From Escherichia coli O127:H6 str. E2348/69 (lineage in GTDB: Bacteria; Pseudomonadota; Gammaproteobacteria; Enterobacterales; Enterobacteriaceae), in assembly GCF_000026545.1 (NCBI RefSeq), contig NC_011601.1: 64,000 nt of DNA; one strand, 5' to 3'. The notes beneath the pieces were generated by a model that did no database searches, was not told the origin of the DNA, and saw nothing but the letters and a program-made list of their open reading frames with translations. Positions 59,634 through 64,000 of the stretch are shown here, piece after piece. How positions within the stretch are numbered: position 1 is the first letter of the stretch; each line of letters begins with the position of its first letter. The translations under genes and the position numbers were made by a program.

Positions 59634-60794
59634 ATGACGCGTAAACAGGCCACCATCGCAGTGCGTAGCGGGTTAAATGACGACGAACAGTATGGTTGCG
59701 TTGTCCCTCCCATCCATCTTTCCAGTACCTATAACTTTACCGGATTTAATGAACCGCGCGCGCATGATTACTCGCGGCGCGGCAACCCAACGCGCGATGT
59801 GGTTCAGCGAGCGCTGGCAGAACTGGAAGGCGGTGCTGGTGCAGTACTTACTAATACCGGCATGTCCGCGATTCACCTGGTAACGACCGTCTTTTTGAAA
59901 CCTGGCGATCTGCTGGTTGCGCCGCACGACTGCTACGGCGGTAGCTATCGCCTGTTCGACAGCCTGGCGAAACGCGGTTGCTATCGCGTGTTGTTTGTTG
60001 ATCAAAGCGATGAACAGGCATTACGGGCAGCGCTGGCAGAAAACCCCAAACTGGTACTGGTAGAAAGCCCAAGTAATCCATTGTTACGCGTCGTGGATAT
60101 TGCGAAAATCTGCCATCTGGCAAGGGAAGTCGGGGCGGTGAGCGTGGTGGATAACACCTTCTTAAGCCCGGCATTACAAAATCCACTGGCATTAGGTGCC
60201 GATCTGGTGTTGCATTCATGCACGAAATATCTGAACGGTCACTCTGACGTGGTGGCAGGCGTAGTGATTGCTAAAGACCCGGACGTTGTCACTGAACTTG
60301 CCTGGTGGGCAAACAATATTGGCGTGACGGGCGGCGCGTTTGACAGCTATCTGCTGCTGCGCGGGTTGCGAACGCTGGTGCCGCGAATGGAGCTGGCACA
60401 GCGCAACGCGCAGGCGATTGTGAAATATCTGCAAACCCAGCCGTTGGTGAAAAAACTGTATCACCCGTCGCTGCCGGAAAATCAGGGGCATGAAATTGCC
60501 GCGCGCCAGCAAAAAGGCTTTGGCGCAATGTTGAGTTTTGAACTGGATGGCGATGAGCAGACGCTGCGTCGTTTCCTGGGCGGGCTGTCGTTGTTTACGC
60601 TGGCGGAATCATTAGGGGGAGTGGAAAGTTTAATCTCTCACGCCGCAACCATGACACATGCAGGCATGGCGCCAGAAGCGCGTGCTGCCGCCGGGATCTC
60701 CGAGACGCTGCTGCGTATCTCCACCGGTATTGAAGATGGCGAAGATTTAATTGCCGACCTGGAAAATGGCTTCCGGGCTGCAAACAAGGGGTAA
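59634..60794 (+). CDS. metB: cystathionine gamma-synthase
   Basis: 386 aa from MTRKQATIAVRSGLNDDEQYG. Confidence 0.95.
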   Translation: MTRKQATIAVRSGLNDDEQYGCVVPPIHLSSTYNFTGFNEPRAHDYSRRGNPTRDVVQRALAELEGGAGAVLTNTGMSAIHLVTTVFLKPGDLLVAPHDCYGGSYRLFDSLAKRGCYRVLFVDQSDEQALRAALAENPKLVLVESPSNPLLRVVDIAKICHLAREVGAVSVVDNTFLSPALQNPLALGADLVLHSCTKYLNGHSDVVAGVVIAKDPDVVTELAWWANNIGVTGGAFDSYLLLRGLRTLVPRMELAQRNAQAIVKYLQTQPLVKKLYHPSLPENQGHEIAARQQKGFGAMLSFELDGDEQTLRRFLGGLSLFTLAESLGGVESLISHAATMTHAGMAPEARAAAGISETLLRISTGIEDGEDLIADLENGFRAANKG

Positions 60795-60796
60795 AA

Positions 60797-63229
60797 ATGA
60801 GTGTGATTGCGCAGGCAGGGGCGAAAGGTCGTCAACTGCATAAATTTGGTGGCAGTAGTCTGGCTGATGTGAAGTGTTATTTGCGTGTCGCGGGCATTAT
60901 GGCGGAGTACTCTCAGCCTGACGATATGATGGTGGTTTCCGCCGCCGGTAGCACCACTAACCAGTTGATTAACTGGTTGAAACTAAGCCAGACCGATCGT
61001 CTCTCTGCGCATCAGGTTCAACAAACATTACGTCGTTATCAGTGCGATCTGATTAGCGGCCTGCTACCCGCCGAAGAAGCCGATAACCTCATTAGCGCTT
61101 TTGTCAGCGATCTTGAGCGCCTGGCGGCGTTGCTCGACAGCGGTATTAACGATGCGGTGTATGCGGAAGTGGTGGGCCACGGTGAAGTGTGGTCGGCGCG
61201 CCTGATGTCTGCGGTGCTTAATCAACAAGGGCTGCCATCGGCCTGGCTTGATGCCCGCGAGTTTTTACGCGCTGAACGCGCTGCGCAACCGCAGGTTGAT
61301 GAAGGGCTTTCGTACCCGTTGCTGCAACAGCTACTGGTACAACATCCGGGCAAACGTCTGGTGGTGACCGGGTTTATCAGCCGTAACAACGCCGGTGAAA
61401 CGGTGCTGCTTGGGCGTAACGGTTCCGACTATTCCGCGACACAAATCGGTGCGCTGGCGGGTGTTTCTCGCGTAACCATCTGGAGTGACGTCGCCGGGGT
61501 ATATAGCGCCGACCCGCGTAAAGTGAAAGATGCCTGCCTGCTGCCGTTGCTGCGTCTGGATGAAGCCAGCGAACTGGCGCGTCTGGCGGCTCCCGTTCTT
61601 CATGCCCGTACTTTACAGCCCGTTTCTGGCAGCGAAATCGACCTGCAACTGCGCTGTAGCTACACGCCGGATCAAGGTTCCACGCGCATTGAACGCGTGC
61701 TGGCCTCCGGTACTGGTGCGCGTATTGTCACCAGCCATGATGATGTCTGCTTGATTGAGTTTCAGGTGCCCGCCAGCCAGGATTTCAAACTGGCGCATAA
61801 AGAGATCGACCAGATCCTGAAACGTGCTCAGGTGCGCCCACTGGCGGTTGGCGTGCATAACGATCGCCAGTTGCTGCAATTTTGCTACACCTCAGAAGTG
61901 GCCGACAGTGCGCTGAAAATCCTCGACGAAGCGGGATTACCTGGCGAACTGCGCCTGCGTCAGGGGCTGGCGCTGGTGGCGATGGTTGGGGCGGGCGTCA
62001 CCCGTAACCCGCTGCATTGCCACCGCTTCTGGCAGCAACTGAAAGGCCAGCCGGTCGAGTTTACCTGGCAGTCTGATGATGGCATCAGCCTGGTGGCAGT
62101 ACTGCGCACCGGCCCGACCGAAAGCCTGATTCAGGGGCTGCATCAGTCCGTCTTCCGCGCGGAAAAACGCATCGGCCTGGTATTGTTCGGTAAGGGCAAT
62201 ATCGGTTCCCGCTGGCTGGAACTGTTCGCCCGTGAGCAGAGTACGCTTTCGGCACGTACCGGCTTTGAATTTGTGCTGGCAGGCGTGGTGGACAGCCGCC
62301 GCAGCCTGTTGAGCTATGACGGGCTGGACGCCAGCCGCGCGTTAGCCTTCTTCAACGATGAAGCGGTCGAGCAGGATGAAGAGTCGCTGTTCCTGTGGAT
62401 GCGCGCCCACCCGTATGATGATTTAGTGGTGCTGGACGTTACCGCCAGCCAGCAGCTCGCTGACCAGTATCTTGATTTCGCCAGCCACGGTTTCCACGTC
62501 ATCAGTGCCAACAAACTGGCAGGAGCGAGCGACAGCAATAAATATCGCCAGATCCACGACGCCTTCGAAAAAACCGGGCGTCACTGGCTGTACAATGCCA
62601 CTGTCGGTGCGGGTTTGCCGATCAACCATACCGTGCGCGATCTGATCGACAGCGGCGATACCATTTTGTCGATCAGTGGGATCTTCTCTGGCACGCTCTC
62701 CTGGCTGTTCCTGCAATTCGACGGTAGCGTGCCGTTTACCGAACTGGTGGATCAGGCGTGGCAGCAGGGCTTAACCGAGCCTGACCCGCGTGATGACCTT
62801 TCCGGCAAAGACGTGATGCGCAAGCTGGTGATTCTGGCGCGTGAAGCGGGTTACAACATTGAACCGGACCAGGTACGTGTTGAATCACTGGTACCTGCCC
62901 ATTGCGAAGGCGGCAGCATCGACCATTTCTTTGAAAATGGCGATGAACTTAACGAGCAGATGGTGCAACGACTGGAAGCGGCCCGCGAAATGGGGCTGGT
63001 GCTGCGCTACGTGGCGCGTTTCGATGCCAATGGCAAAGCGCGTGTGGGCGTGGAAGCGGTGCGTGAAGACCATCCGCTGGCATCACTACTGCCATGCGAT
63101 AACGTCTTTGCCATCGAAAGCCGCTGGTATCGCGACAACCCGCTGGTGATCCGCGGGCCAGGTGCAGGGCGCGACGTCACCGCCGGGGCGATTCAGTCGG
63201 ATATCAACCGGCTGGCGCAGTTGTTGTAG
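60797..63229 (+). CDS. metL: bifunctional aspartokinase II / homoserine dehydrogenase II
   Basis: 810 aa, 3 bp after the metB stop. Confidence 0.95.
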   Translation: MSVIAQAGAKGRQLHKFGGSSLADVKCYLRVAGIMAEYSQPDDMMVVSAAGSTTNQLINWLKLSQTDRLSAHQVQQTLRRYQCDLISGLLPAEEADNLISAFVSDLERLAALLDSGINDAVYAEVVGHGEVWSARLMSAVLNQQGLPSAWLDAREFLRAERAAQPQVDEGLSYPLLQQLLVQHPGKRLVVTGFISRNNAGETVLLGRNGSDYSATQIGALAGVSRVTIWSDVAGVYSADPRKVKDACLLPLLRLDEASELARLAAPVLHARTLQPVSGSEIDLQLRCSYTPDQGSTRIERVLASGTGARIVTSHDDVCLIEFQVPASQDFKLAHKEIDQILKRAQVRPLAVGVHNDRQLLQFCYTSEVADSALKILDEAGLPGELRLRQGLALVAMVGAGVTRNPLHCHRFWQQLKGQPVEFTWQSDDGISLVAVLRTGPTESLIQGLHQSVFRAEKRIGLVLFGKGNIGSRWLELFAREQSTLSARTGFEFVLAGVVDSRRSLLSYDGLDASRALAFFNDEAVEQDEESLFLWMRAHPYDDLVVLDVTASQQLADQYLDFASHGFHVISANKLAGASDSNKYRQIHDAFEKTGRHWLYNATVGAGLPINHTVRDLIDSGDTILSISGIFSGTLSWLFLQFDGSVPFTELVDQAWQQGLTEPDPRDDLSGKDVMRKLVILAREAGYNIEPDQVRVESLVPAHCEGGSIDHFFENGDELNEQMVQRLEAAREMGLVLRYVARFDANGKARVGVEAVREDHPLASLLPCDNVFAIESRWYRDNPLVIRGPGAGRDVTAGAIQSDINRLAQLL

Positions 63230-63241
63230 TGATTATTGAAC

Positions 63242-63268
63242 AAAAGCTGGCAGTTGCCAGCTTTTGTT
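63242..63268 (+). terminator. metL rho-independent terminator
   Basis: AAAA-GCTGGCA-gtt-GCCAGC-TTTTGTTGT. Confidence 0.85.
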
Positions 63269-63330
63269 GTCACCCCTAAACCTCTTCCTGGGGAAGTGGT
63301 GATTGATTGTCATTTTGCCTTTGGTCAGTG

Positions 63331-63358
63331 CCCCCGGTAATAAGGGGGCTTTTGTGTT
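63331..63358 (+). terminator. second hairpin plus T-run downstream of metL
   Basis: CCCCC-ggtaataa-GGGGG followed by CTTTTGTGTT. Confidence 0.5.
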
Positions 63359-63446
63359 GAGCGATGAAGTAACAGAGTGAATGGTGAAGTTATTAATGAC
63401 AATTACAAAATGACATTAAGTAACAATATCTAAAATGTCACCTAAT

Positions 63447-64000
63447 TTAAAATTGATAACCAATAGTAGTATAGGTTCCCCATCCTGTATTTTTTAATTC
63501 AAATGGACCATCTCCGAAGTTAACCTTCTCTCCCGCATTCCATTGTCCACCGTTGTGAAAATAACGTAGTGTAAATGCAAATTTCCAGTGTTCATATAGA
63601 AGGGAAAGGATATGGCTTGAAGCAATAGCATTACTGGTTCGTTTATTATTGTGTGACTTGTCCGCAAGATCGGAGCCAAAATCAAAGTTAGTAAAACTAT
63701 TGTATACCAATCGTCCTCCGAATAAATTTGTAAGAGGGATGCTATATTTTATTTTGAATCGATATCCGTCCCATTCATTTTCATTAGCGGCACCATAGTT
63801 TTGCCACTGATACTTGGCGTATATATTGGCAGAAAGCTTAATTGGTAGACCCGTGTCGATATCTGTACCAAGCCCCATATACCATGTACTTTGCCGGGAT
63901 GACTGGTTGTCACCCATATCATAGACATAGTTGTTTGCAATGAACCATTCTTTAAATGGGCCGAACGCAAGATTTAATCCGGTCAATTTGTCAATGGAAA
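63447..64000 (-). CDS. Tsx-family nucleoside-specific outer-membrane channel paralog (partial; 5' end lies beyond the window)
   Basis: C-terminal ~180 aa align closely to E. coli Tsx (FGPFKEW..ANNY.YDMG...[18 protein letters not shown]...[26 protein letters not shown]...GWG.Y...GY.F); the reading frame continues open to position 64000 (..SIDKL..). Confidence 0.8.
   Translation of the reverse strand, partial: SIDKLTGLNLAFGPFKEWFIANNYVYDMGDNQSSRQSTWYMGLGTDIDTGLPIKLSANIYAKYQWQNYGAANENEWDGYRFKIKYSIPLTNLFGGRLVYNSFTNFDFGSDLADKSHNNKRTSNAIASSHILSLLYEHWKFAFTLRYFHNGGQWNAGEKVNFGDGPFELKNTGWGTYTTIGYQF

Overview
The window reads as an Escherichia coli-type chromosomal segment running in K-12 map order from yihX to metL: about 60 recognisable core genes (yihX-yihY-dtd-yiiD, fdhE-fdoIHG-fdhD, frvRXBA, rhaMDAB/rhaSR/rhaT, sodA, kdgT, yiiM, cpxARP, fieF, pfkA, sbp, cdh, tpiA, yiiQRS, uspD, fpr, glpXKF, zapB, rraA, menA, hslUV, ftsN, cytR, priA, rpmE, yiiX, metJ, metBL). 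Gene names are assigned from my recollection of K-12 protein N-termini and lengths; no database search was possible. Against that backbone I see four accessory insertions with no recognisable mobility genes: (1) an esterase plus a HigB/HigA-like toxin-antitoxin pair between yiiD and yiiE; (2) a two-gene cassette between fdhD and frvR, where K-12 carries yiiG, encoding a divergent but apparently catalytically intact Hsp90/HtpG paralog tightly coupled to a 768-aa acidic helical protein with no motif I can name; (3) an outer-membrane porin-like gene between frvA and rhaM; (4) a Tsx-family paralog after metL, cut by the window edge. The HtpG-paralog cassette is my top candidate for an undescribed system. 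Its function is unknown, and a defence or dedicated chaperone-client role is hypothesis only. Other points: fdoG is split in the ORF track by its in-frame selenocysteine UGA; there are REP/BIME clusters, a CpxR box, a sigma32 promoter for hslVU and the cpxQ 3'UTR region. No CRISPR array, tRNA, rRNA, IS element or integrase was seen.
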